From contig NC_042998.1 of NCBI RefSeq assembly GCF_006345805.1, positions 32,612,001-32,676,000 of the forward strand: a DNA stretch of 64,000 bases. The letters are read 5' to 3'. Made by a program: the position numbers and the translations under genes. Below the pieces are notes generated by a model. It searched no databases. It was given only the letters and a program-made list of their open reading frames with translations, and had not been told where the DNA came from. Origin of the DNA: Octopus sinensis (lineage: Eukaryota). Shown here piece after piece: positions 50,756 through 63,617 of this stretch. Numbering within the stretch: the stretch's first letter is position 1; each line of letters begins with the position of its first letter.

Positions 50756-51202
50756 ATGTGTGTGGCCTGCAGATTCTGTACTAATTGCTATTCTGTAGTC
50801 TTTTTTTTCAAAAGGCCAGTTCTCTAGAACCCACTTCCTGCCTTGTTATTCTTGCAGTTGTTTAAGAAATACATCAACCACATCAATTGCACTAGTCTTG
50901 ATGGACTTGTAAAGACCGTGGATAAAATTCCTTTCCTTCAAATCAAACTATTGGAAAGTGAAAAGATTAAAACAGACTAAATTTTACACTTCTATATTTA
51001 AGAGATGAAGAATTATTTACATTATTTACATTTGACGGATATTTGTTCTCATCTTGTTTGTTGTTAACACAACGTTTCAGCTGATATACCCTCCAGCCTT
51101 CATCAAGTGTCTTGGGGAAATTTCAATCCTGAGTTCTTATAACATCGAACCCATGTTCGAAAAATACCTTAGGAATGAGAACCCAGGTTCTAAATTTCCC
51201 CA

Positions 51203-51249
51203 AGACACCTGATGAAGGCTAGAGGGTATATCAGCCGAAACGTTGTGTT
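51203..51249 (+). ncRNA. Minimal type I hammerhead ribozyme (intact core)
   Basis: AGACAC CUGAUGA A GGCU-agaggguauauc-AGCC GAAAC GUU GUGUU. Confidence 0.75.
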
Positions 51250-51411
51250 AACAACAAACAAGATGAGGACAAATATCCATCAAATGTAAATAATGTACAT
51301 AATTCCTCATCTCTTAAATATAGAACTGAATAATACTAACTATAATAATAATAACAACAACAACAACAAAAAATACCTCAGTAATGAGAACCCGGGCTTG
51401 AAATTTCCCCA

Positions 51412-51458
51412 AGACACCTGATGAAGGCTGGAGAGTATATCAGTCGAAACGTTGTGTT
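51412..51458 (+). ncRNA. Minimal type I hammerhead ribozyme (intact core)
   Basis: AGACAC CUGAUGA A GGCUG-gagaguauau-CAGUC GAAAC GUU GUGUU. Confidence 0.75.
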
Positions 51459-51534
51459 AACAACAAACAAGATGAGGACAAATATCCATCAAATGTAAAT
51501 AATGTATATAATTCCTCATCTCTTAAATATAGAG

Positions 51535-51576
<42 letters not shown>

Positions 51577-51664
51577 TAATAATAATAATAATAATAATAG
51601 CACCTACTCTGCGAAACTTTTGTAGTGAGGTGAGTAAACGTAACAAAGTATTTGCTAGAGCTGC

Positions 51665-51780
51665 CTGTGAGATATGAGAGAGAGAGGGAGAGAGTCAGAG
51701 AGAGAGAGAGAGAGAGAGTCAGAGAGAGAGAGAGTCAGAGAGAGAGAGTGTCAGAGAGAGAGAGAGAGAGAGAGAGATTA
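51665..51780. repeat. (GA)n microsatellite
   Basis: Direct inspection. Confidence 0.95.
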
Positions 51781-52025
51781 AGTGAAGTGCTATTTGTGTA
51801 TATGTTGACAGATATCACCAGCACTATTGACAATTTGTTCTGGAAATCAGAAAGAAATATTGCTATTTTTGCGTAATAATCAAAAAATTATTCCACATAA
51901 ATTACCAAGTCATTAGAGTTCACACCTGCAAAAAAAAAAAAAAAAAAAAAAAAAAGCATTCACTTGAATGTATGCACACACACATACACACACTCATGAG
52001 AAAGAGAAAGAGAGAACCAAGAATG

Positions 52026-52066
<41 letters not shown>

Positions 52067-53784
52067 GGAACCAAAATTGATATGCAGAAGAAATCTTGTA
52101 AGATTGGGAAGTTCAAAATTTCATAAAAGATATGAATGGGGAATATAAATTGGTGAAGATTACAGAAATTGACAAATGCTTCAGTAGAAAAGAGATAATT
52201 GTTTGAAATAAAGTTAAGTTTTGATAAATATTTACTATAACATGAAAGAGATATAACGAAATATAACGAAGTATATTTTGAGCATTAAGGAATTTGGTCA
52301 TGAAGTAGAACTAGGAACTAATTTAATATGAAGAAAAGATATTTTGCTATAAAAGATCTACAAAACTTGATTATACTTAGAACAAATAGTGAGGTTCTGT
52401 TGTTATTGATGATGATGATGATGATGTTGAAGAAGAAGAAGAAGAAGAAGAAGGTGTTAATTAATGCCAGGCTAACTCTGCATGGGTAGGACAAAGTTCA
52501 AAGGCTCTCTAGCCATGACAACCTATCTTTTACCAGAAAATGTTATCATCAAATGTGTTGTTTCTATTTTAAGATTGTGGAGTGTAATTTGAGGAAGATT
52601 TTGCTATTTTCTGAGAGATTGGATGGTCAAGTTGTGTAAAGAACTGAGAAGTTGATTGATTTCTGTAGAGCAATACATCACTTGTTCATGATGGAATTCT
52701 TGTATTGGCTTTAAATCAATCAGATTTATGAAAGGGATTGACAACGAGAAATTGGTGCCTTAGTTAAATATGGAACATCAGGGTGATTGATTTTGATCTA
52801 CTTTGCAGTTTCGGTCGCCTATAATTGTTATCATTTACAAACTGAAGATAATGACAGATTTCTTTTTTTTTTTTTTACAGACACGACCACTGGTCAATTA
52901 TCCAGTGTTGATTCAAAGAAACAATTTCCCTGATCAGTGCTTCTTAATTTCAAGACTTATAATTAAATATAACGATGCAGTTCCATGAATAGACTGTGAG
53001 AGATGAGATAAAATTTCATGACCTATAAAGTAGGAGCATCATACATTACCATCTCATCAAAGGCAACGGCTATCATTAAGCATACAAATTTTACAGCCTT
53101 GTAATTTTACCTCTCTACAATATGGCAACTGTATGCAGACAGTCTTTCCATTTCATAAGCCAATTGTATACATTATGTTATTCCAATGCATTTATAACGA
53201 AGGTTCTTCTAATGCTATTGTCACCAAGTTAATCTCATAAAACTTACTAAATTGTGTAACTTTGCGGCAGATATTAGTGTTGCTTAGTTATCGATCTATT
53301 GTTGCACAGAAGGAAAAGTTTATTCAATCCAAACAGTGTTTATTCGGTAAATTTTATCAACTTTTTCTTTGTCAATTAGTAAATTAGCAATGAAATTCAA
53401 TAAATTATCACCAAATTTTATCCTATTACTCAAAGACTAAGCTGCATGTTAAGAAACGATGCCAATTAATGTATGATGTTACAAAGTATGGTTCTTAAGA
53501 ATAAGACAATATGTACCGGATGAAATTATTCTCAAAGAAGGGTAGAAAGGTAATTTTCAGGATGGTTTACTTACAATAATGCCGTTGATCATCAGTAAAA
53601 GTCAGGAAAAATTTAAAGTGAAATAAAATAAAAAATAATATAAGTTTTCTTTTTTCCATTCCTGTCAATCTAAAATAAGAATGATTCTAGCAATTTACAG
53701 GAAGGTTGTAAGTGATTTAAATAATCTGCATACATATAAATATGTATGCATATGTATATATATATATATGTGTGTGTATATATT

Positions 53785-54370
53785 CTTTTATTCTTTTACT
53801 TGATTCAGTCATTTGACTGTGGCCATGTCAAGCAAATCGACTCCAGGACTTATTCTTTGTTAGCCTAGTACTTATTCTTATTTCTTTATTGCCCACAAGG
53901 GGGCTAAACATAGAGGGGACAAACAAGGACAGACAAAAGGATTAAGTCGATTACATTGACCCCAGTGTGTAACTGGGACTAAATTATCGACCCCGAAAGG
54001 ATGAAAGGCAAAGTTGACCTTGGTGGAATTTGAATTCAGAATGTAACAGCATTTTGCCCGGCCGGCATGCTAACGATTCTGCCAGCACACCACCAAGTAC
54101 TTATTCTATCGGGGTCTTTTATCAAACCACTAAGTTATGAGGGATGTAAGCACACCAGCATCAGTTGTCAAGTGATGTTGTGGGGACACACAAACACACA
54201 CACACATACATATAGATATATACGACAGGCTTCTTTCAGTTTCCATCTATCAAATCCACTCACAAGGCTTTGGTTGGCCTGAGGCAATAGTTAAAGACAC
54301 TTGCCCAAGGTGCCACGTAGTGAGACTGAACCTGGAACCATGTGGTTGGGAAGCAAGCTACTTACCACGC
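53785..54370 (-). mobile_element. SINE B interrupted by SINE A (53878-54090)
   Basis: Family B sequence gtacttattct resumes after the family A copy. Confidence 0.85.
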
Positions 54371-54544
54371 ACACATATATATATATATAAATGAATTTAA
54401 TTTACAAATTCTAGACAAAAGGCAAAGGTTACATACACATACATGCATATCTGTATGTGTGTGTGTGTGTGGTGTGATTGAATTAAGCGTTTTCTCTGGA
54501 ACATTACTTATCCATGCCATTCTGTTCCACTAGATGCAGCCGTG

Positions 54545-55125
54545 CAGCGAGCTGGCAGAAACGTTAGCACTCTGGGCGAAATGCTTAGCAGTATTTCATC
54601 CATCCTTACGTTCTGAATTCAAATTCCGCTGAGGTAGACTTTGCCTTTCATACTTTCGGGTTGATAAATTAAGTACCAGTTATGCACTGAGATTGATGTA
54701 ATCAACTTAATCCCTTTGTCTGTCCATGTTTGACCCCTCTATGTTTAGCCCCTTGTGGGCAATAAAGAAATAAGAAGTTTACTTCCCAACCACATGGTAC
54801 TGGGTTCAGTCCCACTGCATGGTACCTTGGCCAAGTGTCCTCTACAATAGCCTTGAGCTGACCAAAGCCTTGTGAGTGGATTTAGCAGATGGAAACTGAA
54901 AGAAGCTTGTTATGTGCATGTGTGTGAGTGTCCGTATGTGTCCCTCCACTGCTTGATAACCAGTGTTTGTGTGTTTATGTCCCCATAACTTAGCAGTTCA
55001 GCAAAAAGATAAATAAAATAAGTACAAGGCTTAACAGAACATATAATTACTTGGGTCAATTTGCTCAACTAAAATTCTGTAATTTTGTGCTCCAGAATGG
55101 CCGTAGTTTAATGACCAAAACAAGG
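54545..55125 (+). mobile_element. SINE A followed by head-truncated SINE B
   Basis: Family A and family B motifs. Confidence 0.8.
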
Positions 55126-55204
55126 AAACGACAAACAAAACAAAGACAAAGATGATCTTATTTTGTTGAATGCAATCTTAATGAATATCTGTTACCTAGT
55201 ACTC

Positions 55205-55448
55205 TTTTTACTCTTTACTTACTTGTTTCAGTCATTTGACTGTGGCCATGCTTGAGCACCGCCTTTAGTCGAGCAAACCAACCCCACGACTCATTTTTTT
55301 TGTAAGCCTAGTACTTATTCTATTGGTCTATTTTGCCGAACTGCTAGGTTACGGGGATGTAAACACACCAGCATCAGTTGTCAAGCGATGTTGGGGGGAC
55401 AAAGACAGACACACAAAAATACACACACACACACACAAACACACACAC

Positions 55449-55494
<46 letters not shown>

Positions 55495-55660
55495 GACAGG
55501 CTTCTTTCAGTTTCCGTCTATCAAATCCACTCACAAGGCTTTGGTTGGCCCGAGACTATAGTAGAAGACACTTGCCCAAGGTGCCAGGCAGTGGAACTGA
55601 ACCCGGAACCATATAGTTGGTAAGCAAGCTACTTACCACACAGCCACTCCTGCGCCTATA
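55205..55660 (-). mobile_element. SINE family B
   Basis: Family B motifs. Confidence 0.88.
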
Positions 55661-56419
55661 AAAATTTATGCTGCGCTGCTGTGACCAGTATTTCATTTTT
55701 CAGTTCCTTTCAATTTCATATTGCTTCTGTCATTGATAAATGAAGTAATCTTAATTATTCAAAGTATATTTTATGCAAAATTTTGGCACCCAATATCAAA
55801 ACTGTTATTCGTTAAACAATCTGATAATTGTTGATAATACTTTTATTAACCTTTTGACTCAGATTTCTTTACAACTGAGATGGTTCTTTTTGGAATGTCA
55901 TTTACCAAATAAAAACAAGCCTATTTCCTAAATGTAATAAAATTTATGTATTCTGAAAATTGCCTTTGTAAATTTTCTTTAGAAGCAACCTTGTCAGACA
56001 ATCCTTTTCTTTGCCATACACTGATGCATTTCTTTTTTTTTTTCTTTTTTTTTTTGCAGTGAAGCAAAAACCAAAACCAAAAAAAAAAATTCTCAACATT
56101 AGTAAAATTACATTAAGAAAACTCATTATTGTTTAGCCGAGTGAGTTAATGTGTTTTATTCTAGCACAAATGATGAGAAATATTTTTCTTTTGACATGAA
56201 AAACATTAGGATATGACAGCAATTCCTGGAAAACTCTACGAGCATTCAGTACAAAATCCCTGGATATTCTGAGAGCCTGTTGTATTAAAGCAACAATACT
56301 GAATAGAAAGGAAAATACCATTTTTTTTTTCATTATTACACAAAAGTAACAAAATTTCTATCTGATTTCTAGAACAAATTAACAAACGATGCCAGCGTTA
56401 TCTATCAACACATACATAA

Positions 56420-56509
56420 ATAACACCTCTTTGTCTGTCTGTCTGTCTCTGTCTATCTGTCTGTCTCTCTCTCTGTCTGTCTCTCTCTCTCTGTGTCTCT
56501 GTCTGTCTG

Positions 56510-56541
<32 letters not shown>

Positions 56542-56545
56542 CTGT
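56420..56545. repeat. (CTGT)n/(CT)n microsatellite
   Basis: Direct inspection. Confidence 0.95.
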
Positions 56546-57204
56546 GAGTGTGTGTATATATGTGTGTGCATACATTCAAGTGTAGCAATTTTTTTTTCAA
56601 GAGTGGACTGTAATGACTCCATAATTTATGCTGAATTAAAACATTATTAAAAGACAAAAAAAAAAAAAATACCCATCACACTTCGTCAATACTTTAAAAT
56701 AAGTTTCGATAAAGAAAGATGGAAATAAAACAAGAGAAGATTCAAATACAGAAGTCACATAGGATAATGGAAGTTGGAATGTCTTAAATGATTCGAAAAT
56801 CATTTTATATGGAAAATAACAGAATTCTATGAACCAATTCTACAAATAGGAAATATTTAGATTTGATTTTATTTTTTTATAGATTACATATCCATTAGCA
56901 CTAAACTACACAAAGAAAGGTTTGAAACATGTATTCTCTTCCTAGCAATAATTTAGATGTTTTATTTCAAAAGTATAACATAGCAGATATTCTGATACAA
57001 TAGGAATTGTTATTTTATGCAAAATGAATGAAATATATAAACAGCAAATGGGAACATACACTGGGTTTCTTTTGAGTAATTTGTAATGAAACTGATAATT
57101 AACCTGAATAAATTAAAAGATATAAATAAAAGAAATGTGTGTGCATGTGTGTCTTTATCTATCTATCTATACACACACACATATAAGTATGTGTGTATTC
57201 ATAT

Positions 57205-57252
<48 letters not shown>

Positions 57253-58155
57253 GTCGTCATCATCGTTTAACGTCCGTTTTTTATGCTGGTATAGGTTGGA
57301 TGGTTTGACCGGGGTTTGGGAAGTCAGGAGGCTGCACCAGGCTCCAGTCTGATCTGGCAGTGTTTCTACAGCTGGATGCTCTTCCTAACGCCAACCACAC
57401 AGAGAATGTAGTGAGTGCTTTTTATGTGCCACCAGCACAGGGGCGAGAGGGGACTGGCAACAACCACAATCAGTTGGTGCTTTTTATGTGCCACCAGCAC
57501 GGGAGCCAGTCAAGGCGACGCTGGCATCAGCCCCATTTGGATGGTGCTTTATATGTGCCACCAGCACGGGGATCACAACTACAATTTCCATTTGATTTTG
57601 ATGTACTTGACTCAGTAGGTCTCCTCAAGCACAGCATGTCGCCCTACAATCCAAGGTACCTTTGAGTGGGACGGTTATGCAACTTTGGTGTAGGTTACAG
57701 CTGTTAACTCACTTTATTTGCCAGGTCTTCTCAGTCACAGCATATCTCCAGAGGTCTCGGCCTCTGTGAGGCCCAACATTTGAAGGTCATGCTTCACCAC
57801 CTCATCCCATGTTTTCCTGGGTCTCCCTCTACCCAGAATTCCTTCCATTGTTTGGGAGTGGCTCTTCTTCACACAGCTCTCCTCATCCATCCATAGCACG
57901 TGACCATACCAATGCAAATGTCTTTCTTGCATGCAACATCCGATGCTTCTTATGTCCAACTTTTCTCCCAGGGCACTTACACTCTGTCATGTGTGCACAC
58001 TGACATTACACATCCAGGGGATCATGCTAGCTTCATTTCTTTCGAGCCTATGTATGTCCTCCACATTCATGGCCCATGTTTCATTGCCGTGAAGCATGGC
58101 AATTCACACACACATGAATCGTACAATCTACCTTTCATTCTGAGTGAGAGACCCT
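57205..58155 (-). mobile_element. RTE LINE remnant: RT C-terminus (57735-58155) and 3' UTR (57205-57605)
   Basis: LVTKGLSLRMKGRLYDSCV, ERHLHWYGHVLWMDEESCVKK..GRGRPRKTWDEVVKHDL. Confidence 0.85.
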
Positions 58156-58511
58156 TTGTCACCAGTATATATATGAGTGTGTGTGTGTGTGTGTATGGGA
58201 GTAAATGTGAGGACAAGCTACTGGGGCAAATTAATATACAAAAAATATCGAACAAGTTTAATCCAAAAATATACATATATATACATATAAAAAAGCCTTA
58301 GATACACAAAATATAAATGATAATCAGGAATCAAGGAGGTTGAGTAGGAGTTTTACGAGTCCAACAGTTATTTCTGGCGGCTTGCTGGTCCAAAATAATG
58401 CTTGTAACTTGATTCCATCATCAGGTACCACCACCCTCCATCTTCAGGGAAGAATTTTACGGTATTTGCGGTATTGACAGAATGGATATATATATATATA
58501 TATGTACATAT

Positions 58512-58811
58512 GTAGTTGAAAAATATCGTTATAGGTATAAATATACCATAAATGATTATAGACAAATGGAGGAGAAAAAGATTTTGCATCAAAATTAGAT
58601 TCAATACAAAATAGGATTCAATACATACCCATGTTTTAAAGGACAATGATTTTAATTTTTTTCATACATATTTGTACTGTCCTTTGAAACGTGTGTATGT
58701 ATTGAATCCTATTTTGTATTAAATCTAATTTTGATTCAACATCTTTTTCTCCTCCAGTTTTCTATAATTGTTTATAGTATATTTATACCTATAACAATAT
58801 TTTTCAAATAC
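58512..58811. mobile_element. Foldback/MITE-like element with ~134-bp inverted arms and ~32-bp spacer
   Basis: 58512-58645 aligns to the reverse complement of 58678-58811 with scattered mismatches. Confidence 0.85.
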
Positions 58812-59436
58812 TATTTTCATATTCTTACTAATTGCTCTGGCTGTTTTTTTACGAATATGATGAATCTTTATTAGAAATCATTCTTTCTCTCTTTTTGGAC
58901 CTCTCAAAAAGTTTGAACTGTTCTCTTTTGAACTTATTTTTTCCCTACATATGTACGTATGTATATACCACACACACTCATATATATACACTCACACATA
59001 CACACATATACACATATATAGATAGCCCCACACACAAACACACATATGAAACTGGCATTATTTTCGTTACCATGACGATGGTTTCAGTTGATCTGATCAG
59101 CAGAACAGCCTGCTCATGAAATTAACAGGAATACCCTTAATGCAGTTCTGAGGCAAATCCAGTGTGACACAGAAAGTGACAAGGCTGACCCTTTTTAATT
59201 ACAGGTACAACTCATTTTTGCCAGCTGAGTGGACAGGAGCAAAGTGAAGTTAGGCGACTTGTTTAAGGATACATTGCACCATCAGAAATTGAACTCATGA
59301 GCTGAATTACCTGACCAATAAACTACACACCACACACACACATACACATATTGATATACATATCACATAGATACATATATAGATACACACTTCACATACA
59401 GACATACATACACACATATATATAAGATGCCAGTAC

Positions 59437-59775
59437 TTGCTAACATGCTGGTGGTATGTAAAAAGCACCAACCGAATGTGGCTGATGCTAATACCTTCTG
59501 ACTGGCCCCCATACTGTGGCACGAAAAAAGCAGTATCTAAATGTGATCGATGCCAGGCCCACCTGACTGGTTCCTGTGCCAGTGGCATGTAAAAAGCACC
59601 CACTACACTCTCAGAGTGGTTGGCGTTAGGAAGGGCATGCAGCTGTAGAAAACTTGCCAGATCAGATTGGAGGCTGGTGCAACTGCTGGCTCTCCAAACC
59701 TTAGTCATACCGTCCAACCCATGCCAGCATGGAAAACAGACTTAAACTACAATGATGATGATGATGATGATGATA
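59437..59775 (+). mobile_element. RTE 3' UTR copy
   Basis: Similarity to the LINE 3' end; (GAT)n tail. Confidence 0.8.
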
Positions 59776-61204
59776 TCTAATGGTTTCGTCCACACTTGAG
59801 AACTATCATTTTATCCATTTACTTATTGCTTGCACAATCTTGCCTTTAGATTTTTTTTTTTTTGTTTTTCACGTAGCTTTATACGTGGGAACATCATACA
59901 ACAAGAAGAGTTTTAAACTGATAGCATGAAACTAAAATTTGATGGAGCAACAAGGGAGTTATCTGAAAGGAAATGTAAAGATATTCTCTTTACAAATAAA
60001 AATGGCAAAAGAGAATCATAAAATAAGATATAAGTTAAACAGCTTAACACTTGTTATTTCTATTAAAATACTTTGAAGAACTCAGAGTCATTTTGTTGAA
60101 AACCTGCTTACATCTAGCAACAAAGAATTTTAGGAGAATTAAGCAACTACTATCATCAGGAGACTAGTATAGGGTTGAGATCCGTACTTGCAAGGGTCGT
60201 CTCTGAGGAGTTTATGTAAGCAAAGCAGAAGCTATCAAAGGGAGTCGTTAGAAATAGATTCAAGGTGACATAAGGTTTATTACATCAGAAAATTTTCTAT
60301 TTAGAAATGGATAAGCTCAGATTCACTTTTATCAGGTCATATTATTGCTTGTCATAACCCATCCACCACTGCAGGTTTGCTTATCCTAAAACCACCTGTG
60401 TCTCTCACTGGGTTTAGGTTAGGTCAGGTCAGCTGTTGGGTCATGTGCTGTAGTAACAGGCTGCACTGCATTCACCATTTGTTGGTGTATTCCTAGGTGC
60501 ACCTGGCCAACCTGCTGAGCAGAACTCTATCTCAAGACCCACCTTTTGACTAAGTCTGATGGATCAGAGCAGATCTGGAGCTAAACAAAACAAAAATTAT
60601 AATTTACATTTTAAAAACAGAGATCATCCTTCCTATGTTTATACGAGTGTGGGTATGTGCATATATGCATGTGTGTGCATATATGCATGTGTGTGCATGT
60701 ATGCATGTGTATCCGTGTGAGCGTGTATGTTACCTAATTGTGTCAGAACACTTTCTTTTGAATATTATTGACAGGAAGAAAGATATATTTAATAAATTCA
60801 GTAGGATTTTATTAGCTATGATTACATAAGAGAATTTGGATAAGGAAAAAAAAAATGTGCAAACAGTTTAGAAATAATAGAGATAATGAAAAATCAATGT
60901 ATTGATTTTCGAGCTACTATTACAGAATATTTGGGAGAAAATATTTTTATTTATAATTGAGTAGATATTATTATTAAACCCCAGGTCTGCTCTGATTAAG
61001 CAGATCATACATCACAGCCATGTCCATCCCACCCTTTCCTTAGGTAGAGTGTGAAAAAAAAGTATCAATTATCCAGTAAAGCAATTTCTTTCTAAAAAGA
61101 CTGTGTGACATGAAGGAGATTTAGTTGCTATTTCTAGCAACCACTTTAAGGCTCACTCATTGGTTTACAGTTAGAAGTATTTTGTTGTAATATGCGCTTA
61201 ACAT

Positions 61205-61545
61205 GTGAAGGCGCATGGCTCAGTGGTTAGAGCATAGAGCTTATGATCGTGAGGTTGTGAGTTCGATTCCCAGACCGGGCTGTGTGTTGTGTTCTTGAGC
61301 AAGACACTTTATTTCATGTTGCACCAGTTAACTCAGGTGTAGAAATGAATTGCAATATCACTGGTGCCAAGCTGTATCGGCCTCTTTGCGTTTACCTTGG
61401 ATAACATCAGTGGTGTGGAGAGGGGAGGCTGGTATGCATGTGCGACTGTTGGCCTTCCACAAAAACTCTTGCCCTGACTTGTGCCTCGGAGGGTAACTTT
61501 CTAGGTGCAATCCCATGGTCATTCATGACCAAAGGGGGTCTCCTC
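61205..61545 (+). mobile_element. tRNA-derived SINE with a family C-like head and a different body
   Basis: tggctcagtggttagagc A-box, gagttcgattccc B-box, ttcttgagcaagacacttt. Confidence 0.75.
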
Positions 61546-61824
61546 CTCATTCCTAACATGCCGCCAAGGTTGACTTTGCCTTTCATCCTTTCAGGGTCAA
61601 TGAATTAAGTACCAGTTGGGTATTGGGGTCAATCTAATCAACTGGCCCCCTCCTCCAAAATTTCAGGCCTTGTGCCTAGACTAGAAAAGAAAATTATTCC
61701 TAACATAAAATTTATTTAATAGATGTCAAATTTGTTTTTGAAAACGTGAAATTTTAAAAATTAATTTGGGGTGTGAAATCAAAACAGCATTAAATGAAAA
61801 GTCTTTCTTTTTTTTAAACTTTTT

Positions 61825-62220
61825 ATAATTTTTTTCACTTGTTTCAGTCATCAGATTGTGGCCTTGCTGGGGCACCACCTTGAAGAAATTTTGGTCGAAT
61901 GAATTGACTCCAGTACTTATTGTTTTGTTTGTAAAGTCTGATACTGATTCTATCAGTCCCTCTTGTTAAACTGCTAAGTTATAGGGACATAAACATATTA
62001 ATACTGCTTGTCAAGTGGTGTTGGGGGACCAACACAGACACAATGAAACACACACACACAAGATGAGCTTCTTTCAGTTTCTGTCTGTCAATCTACTCAC
62101 AAGGTTTTGATCGACCCAAGGCTATAATAGAAGACACTTGCCCAAGGTACCACGCAATTGGACTGAACCCGGAACCAAGTGGTTGGGAAGCAAACTTCTT
62201 ACCACACAGCCATTCCTGCA
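61825..62220 (-). mobile_element. SINE family B (diverged)
   Basis: Family B motifs. Confidence 0.8.
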
Positions 62221-62448
62221 TCTTTGCCACTGAAAGGTATGATGCTGTAGTTTCTGTCTGAGATAAAAGAAAAAAGTCCCTTCACAGCCATATATTAAAA
62301 ATGCAATATATATCAAAGAGAGGCAAACATCATCCGAGCACAAGAATGTCCAGTGTGTTTTGGTTTCCTTGGGTACTGTAAATGATGTGTACCCTGTCAT
62401 CACATATCTGGTTGGAAATTTGTCCCCTTTGACATTTTGTAATTATTG

Positions 62449-62613
62449 TGATATTGCAGAAAGCTTGTTGGGCTGAAATAAATTTTGTATATGCAATTGA
62501 ATGAGCAAACCAAAGCATTATGCCTTTTATTGGCTACTTTAATTTAATGCTGTTTCAATAGCAAGTAGCAAACATCAATTTTATTTCAGCCCAGCAAGCT
62601 ATCTGCAACATCA
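62449..62613. mobile_element. Small MITE-like inverted repeat with ~35-bp arms
   Basis: tgatattgcagaaagcttgttgggctgaaataaa versus tttatttcagcccagcaagctatctgcaacatca. Confidence 0.65.
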
Positions 62614-62635
62614 GTGAAGTTATCATTCATTCATT

Positions 62636-63112
62636 TATTTCTTTATTGCCCACAGGGGGCTAAACATAGAGGGGATAAACAAGGACAGACAAACGGATTA
62701 AGTCGATTACATCGACCCCAGTGCATAACTAGCACTTATTTAATCGACCCTGAAAGGAAGAAAGGCAAAGTCGACCTCCTCAGAATTTGAACTCAGAATG
62801 AAATACCGGCAGACGAAATACCTATTTCTTTATTACCCACAAGGGGCTAAACACAGAGGGGACAAACAAGGACAGACATAAGTATTAAGTCGATTACATC
62901 GACCCCAGTGCGTAACTGGTACTTAATTTATCGACCTCGAAAGGATGAAAGGCAAAGTCGACCTCGGCGGAATTTGAACTCACAACGTAACGCAGACGAA
63001 ATACCGCTAAGCATTTCGCCCAGCGTGCTAACGTTTCTGCCAGCTACCGGCAGATGAAATACCACTAAGCATTTAACCTGGCGTGCTAATGTTTCTGCTA
63101 GCTCACCACCTG
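62636..63112 (-). mobile_element. Composite/tandem SINE A
   Basis: Two bodies plus a duplicated head segment. Confidence 0.88.
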
Positions 63113-63357
63113 AAATTATGATTCATTGTTCCTATATATATCTGAGGGGATAAATTTTGTCTAACCATGTAATGGTGGATACACATCATTAGCAATTCTT
63201 CAGGAGGCTGAAATGCATCTAACACTCTCGTAAGACACTACCATGGTGGTGTTTACCTTGCTTCTTATAGTTCTCTTTGAACATTTCAGAGACATTCAAA
63301 ACTCATATACACATAGTGTTCATTACAACATTTAATCAAATATATATTGTCCTGAAA

Positions 63358-63617
63358 AAAATAAATAAATATGCCCTTTTAAAGCCTAGCCAGGCTCATG
63401 GGCCCGGTTTCCTGGTTTCAATGGCATATGTGTTCCCCAGCTGGATGGGACACCAGTCCATCACAGCGTTACTCATTTTTGCCAGCTGAGTGGACTGGAG
63501 CAATGTGAAATGAAGTGTTTTGCTCAAGAACACAATGTGTCACCTGGTCCAAGAATCGAATCCACAATCTTACGATCATGGTGCTGACACCCTAACCACT
63601 AAGCCATGCGCTTCCAC
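63358..63617 (-). mobile_element. SINE family C with 13-bp TSD
   Basis: TSD tattgtcctgaaa at 63345-63357 and 63618-63630. Confidence 0.9.

Larger units (their letters stand above)
50991..51538. mobile_element. HH-family array: one inverted copy (-, 50991-51140) plus two tandem copies (+, 51160-51329 and 51370-51538)
   Basis: Direct sequence comparison; units separated and followed by (AAT/AAC)n. Confidence 0.9.

Noticed and set aside
61205-61280. tRNA gene (also the heads of SINE families A, B and C)
   Set aside because: A/B boxes are present but no complete cloverleaf was seen, and the sequence continues into SINE bodies
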